Shown: positions 19,284 to 28,771 of the stretch, piece by piece | How positions within the stretch are numbered: the first letter of the stretch is position 1 | Layout: every line of letters starts with the position of its first letter | Origin: Candidatus Bathyarchaeia archaeon | GTDB lineage: Bacteria; Patescibacteriota; Microgenomatia; PFEM01; JAFGMK01 | Direction of reading: 5' to 3' | Assembly (NCBI GenBank): GCA_035529595.1 | Contig: DATKWK010000035.1 | Coordinates: 113,067 to 177,066, forward strand | Length of the DNA stretch: 64,000 nucleotides | The notes under the pieces: generated by a model | What the model was told of the DNA's origin: nothing | Database searches by the model: none | What the model saw: only the letters and a program-made list of their open reading frames with translations | Position numbers and translations under genes: made by a program

Positions 19284-19386
19284 CTGTCTTGCGTATCTTT
19301 TTCTTAGGCTTGTCTTCTCCCGCAGTCGTGTCTTCCAAAAGCCTTTCCAGTTTTTCTCTCATTTGCTGACCATTAAGACGAACCAA
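19267..19386 (-). CDS. Putative 39-aa small protein between mraZ and rsmH
   Basis: TTG start after AAGGAGGGGAGGT; (M)VRLNGQQMREKLERLLEDTTAGEDKPKKKIRKTDDKIS*; overlaps the rsmH start. Below the ORF-track size cutoff. Confidence 0.55.
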   Translation of the reverse strand: MVRLNGQQMREKLERLLEDTTAGEDKPKKKIRKTDDKIS

Positions 19387-19410
19387 TCGACCTCCCCTCC
19401 TTAACTTTCT

Positions 19411-19812
19411 TTAAAACTTGTCTGCTTCAAGAGAATTAAGCTGTTTTTGCCAGCTATCTTGCTTCCAGATTTCAAAATGATCGCCGGCACCAACCACAGT
19501 CACGCTTGTTTCGATCCTGGCATAATCCAACAGGAACTGGGGAATCACTACTCTCCCTTGAGAGTCAAATTTAGCCACCATTGCCCCGGAAAATAAATAT
19601 CTTCTTATCGCCCGACCCTTTTCTTCCGTAATTGGCATTTCAATTTGTTTTTTAGAAGCTTCTTCCCAGGTCTTTTTTTCATAGCCGAAAATGCAATTCT
19701 CAAATCCGCGAGTCAAAACCACCTTATTTCCTGAAAGTAAGCCTCTGATTCTTTTAGGCAAGGCAATTCTTCCTTTACCTAAAAATTTAATCTGATATTC
19801 ACCAACAAACAC
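19411..19812 (-). CDS. mraZ: Division/cell wall cluster transcriptional repressor MraZ
   Basis: GTG start after GGAGG; KGRIALP, TRGFENCI, DSQGRVVIP and GAGDHFEIW. Confidence 0.95.
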   Translation of the reverse strand: MFVGEYQIKFLGKGRIALPKRIRGLLSGNKVVLTRGFENCIFGYEKKTWEEASKKQIEMPITEEKGRAIRRYLFSGAMVAKFDSQGRVVIPQFLLDYARIETSVTVVGAGDHFEIWKQDSWQKQLNSLEADKF

Positions 19813-19843
19813 CTATCCTCCAGTCAACTATTAGACATTTTCA

Positions 19844-19885
19844 CCACTTCGTTCCATTTTGTACCAATTAAAACCAGGCTGTCAA
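19844..19885 (-). promoter_or_regulatory. dcw promoter (-35 TTGACA) overlapped by four TGG repeats at 10-bp period (MraZ operator)
   Basis: CCA on the plus strand at 19844, 19854, 19864 and 19874; TTGACA at 19880-19885 on the minus strand. Confidence 0.75.
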
Positions 19886-19955
19886 GGGGCAAAATTAACT
19901 GACTCTGCGTCATCCACACCAGGCAGCTTTGGTACAAAGTGAAAAAGTTTCTAAG

Positions 19956-20696
19956 TTATCTCAAGATAGAAGCAAAAACACCTACTCCATCAACTTTATT
20001 TCCTTGAAGCCTTTGCCAACTCCTACTATCCCAATAATAGACAGATTCTCCTTCCAGCTCCATTATGCCATTATTGATCTTAGCTGAACCGGAGGTAAAC
20101 ACTCCATATGGTCCGGTGACTATTTCTCCCGCAAGTTCTGCTGGTAAGCCAACAGTTGGCATAATCACATAGAACTGACTTTTGGAAAAATCGGCCATAA
20201 GAGCAAACCGGCCGTCAATAGAAACTAGTTTGTCCATCTCTTGTCGAAGAGAAAAATCACTATTAAATCTTCTCGTTCCGCCTGTTCCGTCTAAGCGGAT
20301 GGTTATTGTTCCACCGGAAACGCCCTCATGGTAACGGTAATGACCGCTTGATTCAGTCCCTAAAAGTATTCTTTTCTCATAACTATCTCCCTCTAGTTTA
20401 AAGGGGCCACCAACAGCCCCTTGACTCAAACCGTCGGCAGTGTCGTAAGTTAATTCGTACTCCAATGAATCCGCCGCCTGAATACGAGTTATGTCCAAAC
20501 TTAACCAATGGCCGTCGACGGAGGGAGTCAGAGAAATAAAAGGCCTTTCTGCCAGAGAAACTTCAACATAAGTTTTTGGCGGTTGAGTGGGAAGAATTTC
20601 CTCCTGTTTAGGGCTACCCCTTAACTTTTGATATCCCAGGACAGCCAAAATAATAATTAGGCTTAAAGTTACTAAAGCGATAATTATCTTTTTCAT
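19956..20696 (-). CDS. Hypothetical membrane-anchored extracytoplasmic protein
   Basis: MKK plus hydrophobic anchor, then a beta-rich soluble domain; GGAG SD upstream; no family recognised. Confidence 0.8.
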   Translation of the reverse strand: MKKIIIALVTLSLIIILAVLGYQKLRGSPKQEEILPTQPPKTYVEVSLAERPFISLTPSVDGHWLSLDITRIQAADSLEYELTYDTADGLSQGAVGGPFKLEGDSYEKRILLGTESSGHYRYHEGVSGGTITIRLDGTGGTRRFNSDFSLRQEMDKLVSIDGRFALMADFSKSQFYVIMPTVGLPAELAGEIVTGPYGVFTSGSAKINNGIMELEGESVYYWDSRSWQRLQGNKVDGVGVFASILR

Positions 20697-20736
20697 AAAG
20701 ACTCCTTTTTTGATAAAGACGTCGTCCGAGGCGGTA

Positions 20737-22131
20737 TTAGGTTAGTTTTTTTTGAAAATAACCGGTTAGTACCTGACTCCCCAACCGTTTCTGTTTCATA
20801 GTATCTCTGTCTCTTACCGTCACCGTCTGATCCTTTAAAGTCTGATAGTCAATCGTTATACACCAAGGCGTTCCGATTTCATCCTGTCTTCTGTAGCGCT
20901 TACCAATATTACCAATATCGTCCCAAGCGGTTCTGAAATTTTCTTTTAAATTTTCATAAACCTTTCTTGCTTTTTTCACAAGTTCAGATTTATTAGCCAA
21001 AAGTGGAAAAACAGCGATTTTATAAGGAGATATTGATGGATCGAGAGATAAAACTACCCGGAGTCCGTCCTTATCTTTTTCCTCACGATATGCCTCACAT
21101 AATGTTGCCAAAAAACTTCTGTCTATGCCGAAAGTCGGCTCAATCACATGCGGGACAAATTTCTCTCCAGTTTCTCTATCGGTATAGCGCATATCAACCC
21201 CTGATTTTTCCATGTGGTTTCTTAGGTCGAAATCTGTTCGATAAGCCACCGCATAGAGCTCCTTAAAACCAAAAGGAAACTTATAATCTAAATCCTCTGT
21301 TCTCTTTGAATAATGAGCCCTCTCTTCATCTGAGTGAGGCCGCCATCTAAGATGGCTTTCCTTAAGCCCTAAAATCTCGCTCGCCCACCGCCAAACTTCT
21401 TTTTGCCAATAAGTGAAAAGTTCCTGCCAATTATCTTTCTTGGGATTGAAAAAGTATTCAAATTCTGCCAAATTAAACTGTAAGGTCCGAAAGACGAAAT
21501 TTCCCATTGTAATTTCATTACGAAAGGCAATACCCGATTGGGCCAGTCCAAAAGGAAGTTTAGGGGAAAGGGAATCCAAAACAGCTTTGAAGTTTACAAA
21601 CATTCCTTGGGCAATCTCCCCGCGCAAATAAGCCAAATTTTTTTCTCCGGCGATGATACCGATATGCGTTTCAAACAAATTGTTGAATAGCCGACCTTTT
21701 GTCCAGGAAAATTTCTGGCAGTTAGGACAGTTGATTCGATTTTCATCAATTATCTTATCCATTGCCTCAGGCAAAAACCCTTCGACTTTAATTTGCTTCC
21801 CGCTCCGGGCAAAAAAGTCCTCAATTAAATGATCGGCTCTAGTTCGATACTGACATTTTCGGCAATCCAATAAGACTTCGTTAAAACTTTCGACGTGGCC
21901 TGATGCTTCCCATACTTTACGGCTCATAATCACCGCGGATTGAAGGCCATAAATATCTTCCCGACGACTGACAAAATTCTGCCACCACAGATTGTTAACA
22001 TTTCGCATAAGTTCTACCCCCAATGGACCATAGTCATAAGTATTGGCTAAACCACCGTAGATTTCCGAGCCGGGAAAGACATAGCCTCTTCTTTTACAAA
22101 GCGAAACGATCTTTTCCAGTTTATTTTCCAT
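20737..22131 (-). CDS. glyQS: Glycine--tRNA ligase (alpha2 type)
   Basis: GSEIYGG, YDYGPLG, FRNEIT, PHVIEPTFGIDR and IGKRYRRQDEIGTP. Confidence 0.97.
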   Translation of the reverse strand: MENKLEKIVSLCKRRGYVFPGSEIYGGLANTYDYGPLGVELMRNVNNLWWQNFVSRREDIYGLQSAVIMSRKVWEASGHVESFNEVLLDCRKCQYRTRADHLIEDFFARSGKQIKVEGFLPEAMDKIIDENRINCPNCQKFSWTKGRLFNNLFETHIGIIAGEKNLAYLRGEIAQGMFVNFKAVLDSLSPKLPFGLAQSGIAFRNEITMGNFVFRTLQFNLAEFEYFFNPKKDNWQELFTYWQKEVWRWASEILGLKESHLRWRPHSDEERAHYSKRTEDLDYKFPFGFKELYAVAYRTDFDLRNHMEKSGVDMRYTDRETGEKFVPHVIEPTFGIDRSFLATLCEAYREEKDKDGLRVVLSLDPSISPYKIAVFPLLANKSELVKKARKVYENLKENFRTAWDDIGNIGKRYRRQDEIGTPWCITIDYQTLKDQTVTVRDRDTMKQKRLGSQVLTGYFQKKLT

Positions 22132-22675
22132 ATTGAATCCTTTTTAATACATCTTTACTTTTTAATCTTTTCTCAACGACCTCCTCAATATAGTCCGAAA
22201 GACTTCCCGGCTTATCTCTTAGTTGCTTCGGAACGCCAAAACCTAGTCCATCAAGCATTTTTTCCTCAAATTCTCTTATCAATTCGCTTAAACTGGTACG
22301 ATCTCCGATTGCCAGCAAGGATCTTCTTAAAAGAGAAAAGACACCGACATTTTGCTGGGATTCGGCCGTCAATTTATCGACCAGTTCAGTTAGATAAAAA
22401 GCTACCCCTACCCTAATTAAATTACGCCGCCAGGATTTAAATGAATCTTGTAGTTCGACTTCAGTGATTATATCAAGATTTCTTCCTTTTGCCAAAAAAA
22501 GGTTGACCTGATTAAAAAGCTCAAGATTGCCCCCTTTGCGGCTATTGATCTTTCGGACCCCTTTGGCCAATACATGTATTTTACCGTAATGTTTGGAAAA
22601 GATTGTCAAGATCTTGTCCGCTTCACTAAAGTTAATCCTTTTTAAGATAATGGCTTCAGTTTTGTAACTAGCCAT
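22121..22675 (-). CDS. recO: DNA repair protein RecO
   Basis: EADKILTIFS and GKIHVLAKGVRKINSR OB-fold motifs. ATG 22675 preferred. Confidence 0.92.
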   Translation of the reverse strand: MASYKTEAIILKRINFSEADKILTIFSKHYGKIHVLAKGVRKINSRKGGNLELFNQVNLFLAKGRNLDIITEVELQDSFKSWRRNLIRVGVAFYLTELVDKLTAESQQNVGVFSLLRRSLLAIGDRTSLSELIREFEEKMLDGLGFGVPKQLRDKPGSLSDYIEEVVEKRLKSKDVLKRIQYGK

Positions 22676-22744
22676 AAAAACTATCAACTAGTTTTATAAC
22701 TCTACCTGGAATAAAAACACGGCAATCCATCTGCCGTCTCAAAC

Positions 22745-24703
22745 CTAAAAAATAAATTGAAGCTCCTTATCTGAATCAAGATCAAATACCTCAGATTGGT
22801 CCAGATAATTCACCCCGTATTCGTATGAGGGCGTTCCCGGTTGTTTTTGAACTAAAAGGCGATACTGACCTCCATCATTGACTTTAAAAGGTAGGCGATA
22901 TTTAAAAGTCAGTTTTAGACTACCTTCGGGACGAAGTGAAGTCGCTGGCGTCTTTCCAAAGAAACCCTCAAAAACCGTTTTACCCAGCTCTTCGTAAACC
23001 TTAATCTCCACCTCAGAACCGGAGAACTCAAGCAGTTGGCTGCCCTTAGGAACAAAAATCCGAAACCAATCCCGATAGTACCCGTTGAGACAAAGCTCCC
23101 CTTTCTCTAAGTTACAGTTTGAAGGAGGTGCCGGATTTTTGTAATCGACAGTGACTTTTTTTAACAAAGAGCCATCCGGTTCCTTACTGATTTCCTGAGT
23201 AACTTTTTGTCGAATGTACATATTTGACTTGGCACCGGCGAAATTACAATCGTTAAGGTAAAAATAGTCGCCTTCGAACTCTTTAATCCTTCCTCCGGCA
23301 TTTAAAGCCTCAACCGCTTTTTGAAGGTCTTCATTGAAAAAATAGAAAAGCAAATGTTTTTGCTGGATTGAAGTTAGGAAGACATTAAAAAATTGAGGCC
23401 AGGTCTTCCGAGGCGATCCCATAATATTTGATAATATCGAGTGCATCAGGGGACCGATAATCCCCTTCCGTTCCTCACGCTGAGTACTAACCGGTTGGTC
23501 AGCGTACTTCTCAAGTTCATAAAATACTTGAGGGCAATCACACCGAGGATCAATTTCGGCAGAAAAGTTTCCCCAACCTGAGACGCCAATTTTTCCTAGG
23601 ACTTTGAGGACTTCTACTAACACCTGGGTATCCAAGGCGATAATTCCGTCCACTTCTTGGCTGTTGGGAATCTGACGGTAGTTTTCCCAGAAAGTTTGCA
23701 TCGACTTGGTAAAATCAGCAGACAAATTCATATCCCTTAAATGCCAGTAGCGAACATCAGGTAAATACTGCAAGATCGGTTCAGGCGCTTTCAATCGGTC
23801 CCCGAATTGCTTGTCAAGGCTGTAGATATCGTGAGAGGAAAGGGGTTTAAAGTTACCATTATGAACCGAAAGAAAGGCATAAGCAGTCATAAAACCACCG
23901 CTGGGACGAAGTTCGGCATCATTCTGAAAGAGCAAAAAATAAAGCTTTTCCTCAGGAATTCCCAATAAAGGTTTAAGATAACTGACGATCGGTTTTATCT
24001 CGTCAAGAATATTCGACAGGTTATCTACTAAGGCAACTAATTCTTCCATTCTTTTTCTTATCTTCTTTCCAAATAATTCCTCCGGGTAACGACCAGTGTC
24101 GATTTGATCAATTTCTTTTTTCGCTTCAACCAATTTTTGGTTTATCTGATCGAATTGAGGGCTGATTTTATCGAGAGTGTCCAAAATCAGTACCAGTCTT
24201 TCTTCAACCGTCATTGGTCCTAAATCCTGCTCCTTCTTATTTTGCTCAAAACCAAGCAGGTCATAGTAAGGCATCAATGCCTGATTGGCAACCTCAGCTG
24301 CTTCAAGGAGGTACTTACTGCTACTGATCAAATGATATCCATCCTGGTAATAGCGATTAACATAAGGGATGAGCCTTAAAAGAGCCAGTTTCTGATAATC
24401 TTTCTCCATTTTTTCCACTGACTGGTAAATTATCTTAAGCTGGTCAAATGCCTCGGGGAATTTTTGATCGTTTAATGAAGCAGAAACCTGATTCAGTTGT
24501 TCCTCCAAAAGGTTGATATCGTCTTTCAGATGCATCGCCGGCAACAGTAAGAAACTGGCTAGAATAATGACCAGTAAACTAACTAGACCGCCTCCAACCA
24601 GAAGCGGTTTTTTAATGTTTTTCGTTTTCTTTTTGAATCCTGACTCTCTTGCCTGTTTTCCGACAAGGGCTGGCTCTTCTTCTGTAAATTTGATCTTTTT
24701 CAT
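22745..24703 (-). CDS. DUF4012-domain membrane-anchored protein
   Basis: One TM, a long helical stalk, FQNDAELRPSGGF, RDMNLSADF and VDGIIALD; at the end of a glycan locus. Confidence 0.82.
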   Translation of the reverse strand: MKKIKFTEEEPALVGKQARESGFKKKTKNIKKPLLVGGGLVSLLVIILASFLLLPAMHLKDDINLLEEQLNQVSASLNDQKFPEAFDQLKIIYQSVEKMEKDYQKLALLRLIPYVNRYYQDGYHLISSSKYLLEAAEVANQALMPYYDLLGFEQNKKEQDLGPMTVEERLVLILDTLDKISPQFDQINQKLVEAKKEIDQIDTGRYPEELFGKKIRKRMEELVALVDNLSNILDEIKPIVSYLKPLLGIPEEKLYFLLFQNDAELRPSGGFMTAYAFLSVHNGNFKPLSSHDIYSLDKQFGDRLKAPEPILQYLPDVRYWHLRDMNLSADFTKSMQTFWENYRQIPNSQEVDGIIALDTQVLVEVLKVLGKIGVSGWGNFSAEIDPRCDCPQVFYELEKYADQPVSTQREERKGIIGPLMHSILSNIMGSPRKTWPQFFNVFLTSIQQKHLLFYFFNEDLQKAVEALNAGGRIKEFEGDYFYLNDCNFAGAKSNMYIRQKVTQEISKEPDGSLLKKVTVDYKNPAPPSNCNLEKGELCLNGYYRDWFRIFVPKGSQLLEFSGSEVEIKVYEELGKTVFEGFFGKTPATSLRPEGSLKLTFKYRLPFKVNDGGQYRLLVQKQPGTPSYEYGVNYLDQSEVFDLDSDKELQFIF

Positions 24704-24713
24704 TTTTTCCTCC

Positions 24714-25337
24714 TTACCAACGGGACAGCATTGCCTTAGGAGTCTTGATTAAAATTTTGATATCTTTCCAAATTGATCGTAACCGGGAATAATTCGCATC
24801 CATTTTAGCCCGCTTCAAAAAGGGAACCTCATTACGGCCAGAGGTTTGCCAGGGCCCGGTTATCCCTGGTTTTGCACTGAGAATCTGTTTCATTAACGGT
24901 CTGACCTGAGAATATTTTTCCAGCTGTTCCTTAATCTCTTGAAAACGATATGCTCGCGGACCGACAATACTCATTTCGCCTTTTAAAACGTTCCAGATCT
25001 GGGGAAATTCATCAATCGTAAAAGTCCGCATAAACATCCCGAATTTAGTGATCCTTGGATCCTCTTTCATACCTAATTTCCAATCAGACTCTTTAAATTT
25101 TCTCAATAATTTTTTATCTCTGGCAATAATCTCGTCCGCATTAACAACCATGGAACGAAACTTAAATAGAGTAAATTCCTTGCCGCTTTTACCGATTCTT
25201 CTCTGGCCATAAAAAACCGGTCCAGACGATGTAAGCTTAATAATTAAGGGAACAACTAAAAAAATCGGAAAAAAGATAGCCGTTAATAAAAGCGCAATCG
25301 TTATATCCAATATCCTTTTCTTAAATTCATAGGACAT
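24714..25337 (-). CDS. Priming polyprenyl-phosphate sugar-1-phosphate transferase (WbaP/WcaJ C-terminal type)
   Basis: KRILDI, FKFRSM, DPRITKFG, DEFPQIWNVLKGEMSIVGPR and KPGITGPWQ. Confidence 0.93.
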   Translation of the reverse strand: MSYEFKKRILDITIALLLTAIFFPIFLVVPLIIKLTSSGPVFYGQRRIGKSGKEFTLFKFRSMVVNADEIIARDKKLLRKFKESDWKLGMKEDPRITKFGMFMRTFTIDEFPQIWNVLKGEMSIVGPRAYRFQEIKEQLEKYSQVRPLMKQILSAKPGITGPWQTSGRNEVPFLKRAKMDANYSRLRSIWKDIKILIKTPKAMLSRW

Positions 25338-25361
25338 ATTTGTGCTATTTTACAGGCAATC

Positions 25362-26483
25362 CTAAAGATACTCAAGCCGTCTTGCTTCTTTGAGCTTATT
25401 AACAATTTTTTTTACCTTCTCTGCCTCTTTGCGGTGGCAAATAAGCAAGGCATCCTCCGTATCGACGACAATCAAATTATTCACTCCAACTAAGGCCAGT
25501 AAGTGATCATTAAAATGAATCAGGTTGTTTTTCGATTCAAAAACAACATAGCCCCCTTTTTTACCATATTTAATAATCGCGTTACCATCGCTGTCCTTAC
25601 CAGATCGCTGATAAACGACGTCCCAATCACCGATATCGTCCCAACTAAATGAAGCCGGCAACAGGACTAAATTGTCAGCTCTTTCAGAGACAGCATAATC
25701 AATTGATATATCTTCGGCGTCTTTGTAAATCCGACGGACTATCGCCGCTTCGCTTGCTTTTCCCATCGCCTGCTGAAAACGCTCTACTAACTTAGCCAGT
25801 TCAGGTGCAAAACGTTTGATCGTTTTAATGATCACCGACGCTTTCCAAGTATAAAGACTGGTATTCCAATAATAATTACCTGAGTTGAGAAAAATTTGCG
25901 CCTTATGATAATCAGGCTTCTCAGTAAAGGCCAGAACCCGGTAAACAGCTTTTTTCCCGGCTAACATTTCCTTCTTACCCACTTTGATGTAACCAAAGCC
26001 GGTATGGGGAAAAGTCGGCTTGATTCCTACCGTGACAATCTGCTGGCTATCGTAAGCGGTTTTGGCTGCCAAGTACATATCTTGCTCAAAGATATTTCTA
26101 GGCGAAACGGCATGATCCGAAGTGAGGTTAATAATAACCGCCTCCGGATCCTTGGCAAAAATATTAACCGCTCCCATGGCCATCGCCAGAGCTGTATTTT
26201 TAGCCATCGGCTCGGCGACAATATTGCGCAGAAGCAAATCTTTTCCTTGATTTAAGACATTGTCAATATAGTCATAAGAGGTGACGATATAGATTTTGTC
26301 AGTAGTAGTTAATTTTTTTGCCCGAGAGACTGTTTGCTCAAAAACAGTGCTGTCGCCAAAAAGATCGATAAATTGCTTGGGCGTTTGTTTTCTCGATCGA
26401 GGCCATAACCTCTTCCCGCCACCACCACATAAGATGCAAACAAAGAGATGCTTTTTTAGTTCTTCTTTTGATATTCCTGCCAT
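25362..26483 (-). CDS. manC: Mannose-1-phosphate guanylyltransferase
   Basis: GGGGKRLWPRSR, PKQF, EPMAKNTA, FTEKP, SIDYAV and WDDIGDW. Confidence 0.93.
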   Translation of the reverse strand: MAGISKEELKKHLFVCILCGGGGKRLWPRSRKQTPKQFIDLFGDSTVFEQTVSRAKKLTTTDKIYIVTSYDYIDNVLNQGKDLLLRNIVAEPMAKNTALAMAMGAVNIFAKDPEAVIINLTSDHAVSPRNIFEQDMYLAAKTAYDSQQIVTVGIKPTFPHTGFGYIKVGKKEMLAGKKAVYRVLAFTEKPDYHKAQIFLNSGNYYWNTSLYTWKASVIIKTIKRFAPELAKLVERFQQAMGKASEAAIVRRIYKDAEDISIDYAVSERADNLVLLPASFSWDDIGDWDVVYQRSGKDSDGNAIIKYGKKGGYVVFESKNNLIHFNDHLLALVGVNNLIVVDTEDALLICHRKEAEKVKKIVNKLKEARRLEYL

Positions 26484-27634
26484 TTTGTCTCCACTATCTT
26501 CTTAAAATTTAATAAAAATTTTTGCTCATCAAAACTGCTGGCGTTATTGATGCATTTAGTCTTCGAATATACCTTGCCGCGAGAGTCTCTTACCGCTTTC
26601 ATTAATGCCTCTACAGTCTGAGGATAAAAAAACTCCCCGGTTTCGCCTTCAATAATAGTTTCTAAGGCGCCGCCCTTTTTATAGGAAATTACCGGTTTAC
26701 CGCATGCTTGAGCTTCCAAGGGAACCAAGCCAAAGTCTTCTTCTTGCGGACAAATAACAGCTTTGCAACCATAATAGTAGCGCAAAAGGTTTTCCTCTGT
26801 CAAATAACCTAAGAACTCGATGTTTGATCCGGCAAATTTTTTTAATTCATTAAGTTGGGAGCCGATACCGACGACTTTTAGAGGCAATTTTAACCGGTTA
26901 AAAGCCTTAATCGCCAAATCTATTCTTTTATAGGCAACAAGCCTGGAAACGATCAAATAAAAATCACTCGCTTGAATTTTTAAGTTTTCATTTCGAATTT
27001 TGAATTTACCAAGGTTTATCGGTGGATAAATAACCTCGGCATCGCGATGGTAATATTTTACAATTCGCCGTCGGACATTATCCGAAATTGTCAAATACAA
27101 GTCTGGTCTTTGAGCAGCAGTTTTGTCCCAGAATAATAAATAAGGTCGAAAAGTACGGAGACTGGTTCTAGCAAGAAAGTCTAGCTTGCCAAAGCCGGGA
27201 CAACTAAGATAAGCGCTATAGGCGCTCCAGAGATAGCGTGTCGGCGTTAGGCAATAACAAATATGCAAGGTATCCGGCAGAGTGATTATTCCTTTGGCTT
27301 CCGCGCTGGTAACCGTAATTACGATATCAAAATCCGAAAAATCGAGTAGTTCAAAAGCGACCGGTGTTAGCCAAGGGTAAAATTCATGATGCCTTCTGGC
27401 GAACGGCAGCTGTTGCAGAAACGAAGTTTTAACTCTGAATTTATTAGCCCAAGGCGCCTTCTGTTTATCACAGACAGCCGTGTATAAAGGAGCATCGGGA
27501 AAGATTTTTTGCAGTGCTAAAAGAATCCTTTCCGCCCCACCCCACTTATTGACCCGATCATACACCAGGGCAACTCGACAATTATTCAGTCTTAGACGGT
27601 CAAAACTACTGGGCTTCTTTCGTAATAGATTCAT
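26456..27634 (-). CDS. Glycosyltransferase family 4 (WbaZ-like)
   Basis: GGAERIL, YCLTPTRYLW and EDFGLVPLEAQACG. Confidence 0.9.
   Translation of the reverse strand: MNLLRKKPSSFDRLRLNNCRVALVYDRVNKWGGAERILLALQKIFPDAPLYTAVCDKQKAPWANKFRVKTSFLQQLPFARRHHEFYPWLTPVAFELLDFSDFDIVITVTSAEAKGIITLPDTLHICYCLTPTRYLWSAYSAYLSCPGFGKLDFLARTSLRTFRPYLLFWDKTAAQRPDLYLTISDNVRRRIVKYYHRDAEVIYPPINLGKFKIRNENLKIQASDFYLIVSRLVAYKRIDLAIKAFNRLKLPLKVVGIGSQLNELKKFAGSNIEFLGYLTEENLLRYYYGCKAVICPQEEDFGLVPLEAQACGKPVISYKKGGALETIIEGETGEFFYPQTVEALMKAVRDSRGKVYSKTKCINNASSFDEQKFLLNFKKIVETKWQEYQKKN
26973..27007 (+). repeat. Degenerate 7-bp tandem repeat (5 units, consensus TGAATTT) inside the GT4 gene
   Basis: tgaattt ttaagtt ttcattt cgaattt tgaattt; encodes KFKIRNENLKIQ. 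Confidence 0.55.
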
Positions 27635-28754
27635 AAATCGCTAATGTTTCTCTTGCCATTTTATACCAACTAAAATGAGAAACTCTTTGATAACCGTTCC
27701 GGATTAGCTCCATTCTTAATTTTCTGTTATCGATAACCTGCAAAATTTTGGTTTTTATATCGTTTATCTGATTGGGCTGGAAATAAGAAGCGGCATCTTG
27801 ATAGATTTCGGGCAAACAAGAAGCGCGCGAACAGACAACCGACAAACCGACGGCCATTGCCTCAAGGCCGGGCAAACCGAAGCCTTCTAAAAGAGAAGGG
27901 AAAACAAAAGCTTCAGCTTGTTGATAAAGCCGGGCTAAATCTTCATCCGGAACAAAACCAGCTAACACGACATACTTATCTATCTTCTTTTCTCCGATAA
28001 TCTTTTTGAGCCGCTGCCAAAAAACGTTTTTGGCACAAGCAATAACCAAATACAGTTCTCGTTCCTGATTTATTTTCTTGATCGCCTCCACCAACTTAGC
28101 GATATTCTTATGAGGATATAAATTACCCGTATAAATAACAAAGGGTTGTTTAATCTCATATTTAATCAACAACTCACGGACTTTTTTTTGGTTAGATATT
28201 TTAGTTAGTCCCTTAAAATTATCACTGACCGATTCGTAAGTAACCTTGACTTTTTTCCTTTTGAGTTTAAATTTCGCAACCAGTTTTTTTTGCCACCAAA
28301 AACTTGGCACAATAATCCTGTCAGCTCGCCTCACACCGGCATTGACGATTAACAAATAACCTAAGTATTTAAACCAATATAAAAGGGAGGGGCGAGTAGT
28401 AGTCAGAGACCCTTTGGATTCATGTTTAATCAGATCATGAATAGTAACTACAAATTTACCTTGATAAAGAATTGGCAAATTAAAATGGGGAAAATGGACC
28501 AAGTCGACTTTTTCTTTCTCAAGTATTTTTTTAAAATGAATTTGCTCCGCAAAAGAATAATTGGCAAAGTCAGCTAAGACCTTCTTGAATTTCGGGTTTT
28601 TAAACTTCAATTGATTGAAGTACTGCCTTCTTAAGAAGATTATATATTCGTTTTTTCGATCAATCTTTTCAAGATGTTTAACTAACTCCATTATATACCG
28701 GCCGATACCGGTATGCTTAATTCCCCAAAAACGAGCATCAATTCCTATTTTCAT
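27606..28754 (-). CDS. Glycosyltransferase family 4
   Basis: GIDAR, TGIGRY, VTIHDL and EGFGLPGLEAMA. ATG 28754. Confidence 0.92.
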   Translation of the reverse strand: MKIGIDARFWGIKHTGIGRYIMELVKHLEKIDRKNEYIIFLRRQYFNQLKFKNPKFKKVLADFANYSFAEQIHFKKILEKEKVDLVHFPHFNLPILYQGKFVVTIHDLIKHESKGSLTTTRPSLLYWFKYLGYLLIVNAGVRRADRIIVPSFWWQKKLVAKFKLKRKKVKVTYESVSDNFKGLTKISNQKKVRELLIKYEIKQPFVIYTGNLYPHKNIAKLVEAIKKINQERELYLVIACAKNVFWQRLKKIIGEKKIDKYVVLAGFVPDEDLARLYQQAEAFVFPSLLEGFGLPGLEAMAVGLSVVCSRASCLPEIYQDAASYFQPNQINDIKTKILQVIDNRKLRMELIRNGYQRVSHFSWYKMARETLAIYESITKEAQ

Positions 28755-28771
28755 AATCAAATTCAGATCTG

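Noticed and set aside
20737-22675. glyQS near femX as a dedicated Gly-tRNA supply; recO-glyQS adjacency
   Set aside because: recO-glyQS linkage is a common arrangement and glyQS is about 14 kb from femX; not evidence of a special system.
24645-24676. Possible palindromic insertion in the DUF4012 N-terminus (EPALVGKQAR)
   Set aside because: Complementarity is too weak to support a repeat element.
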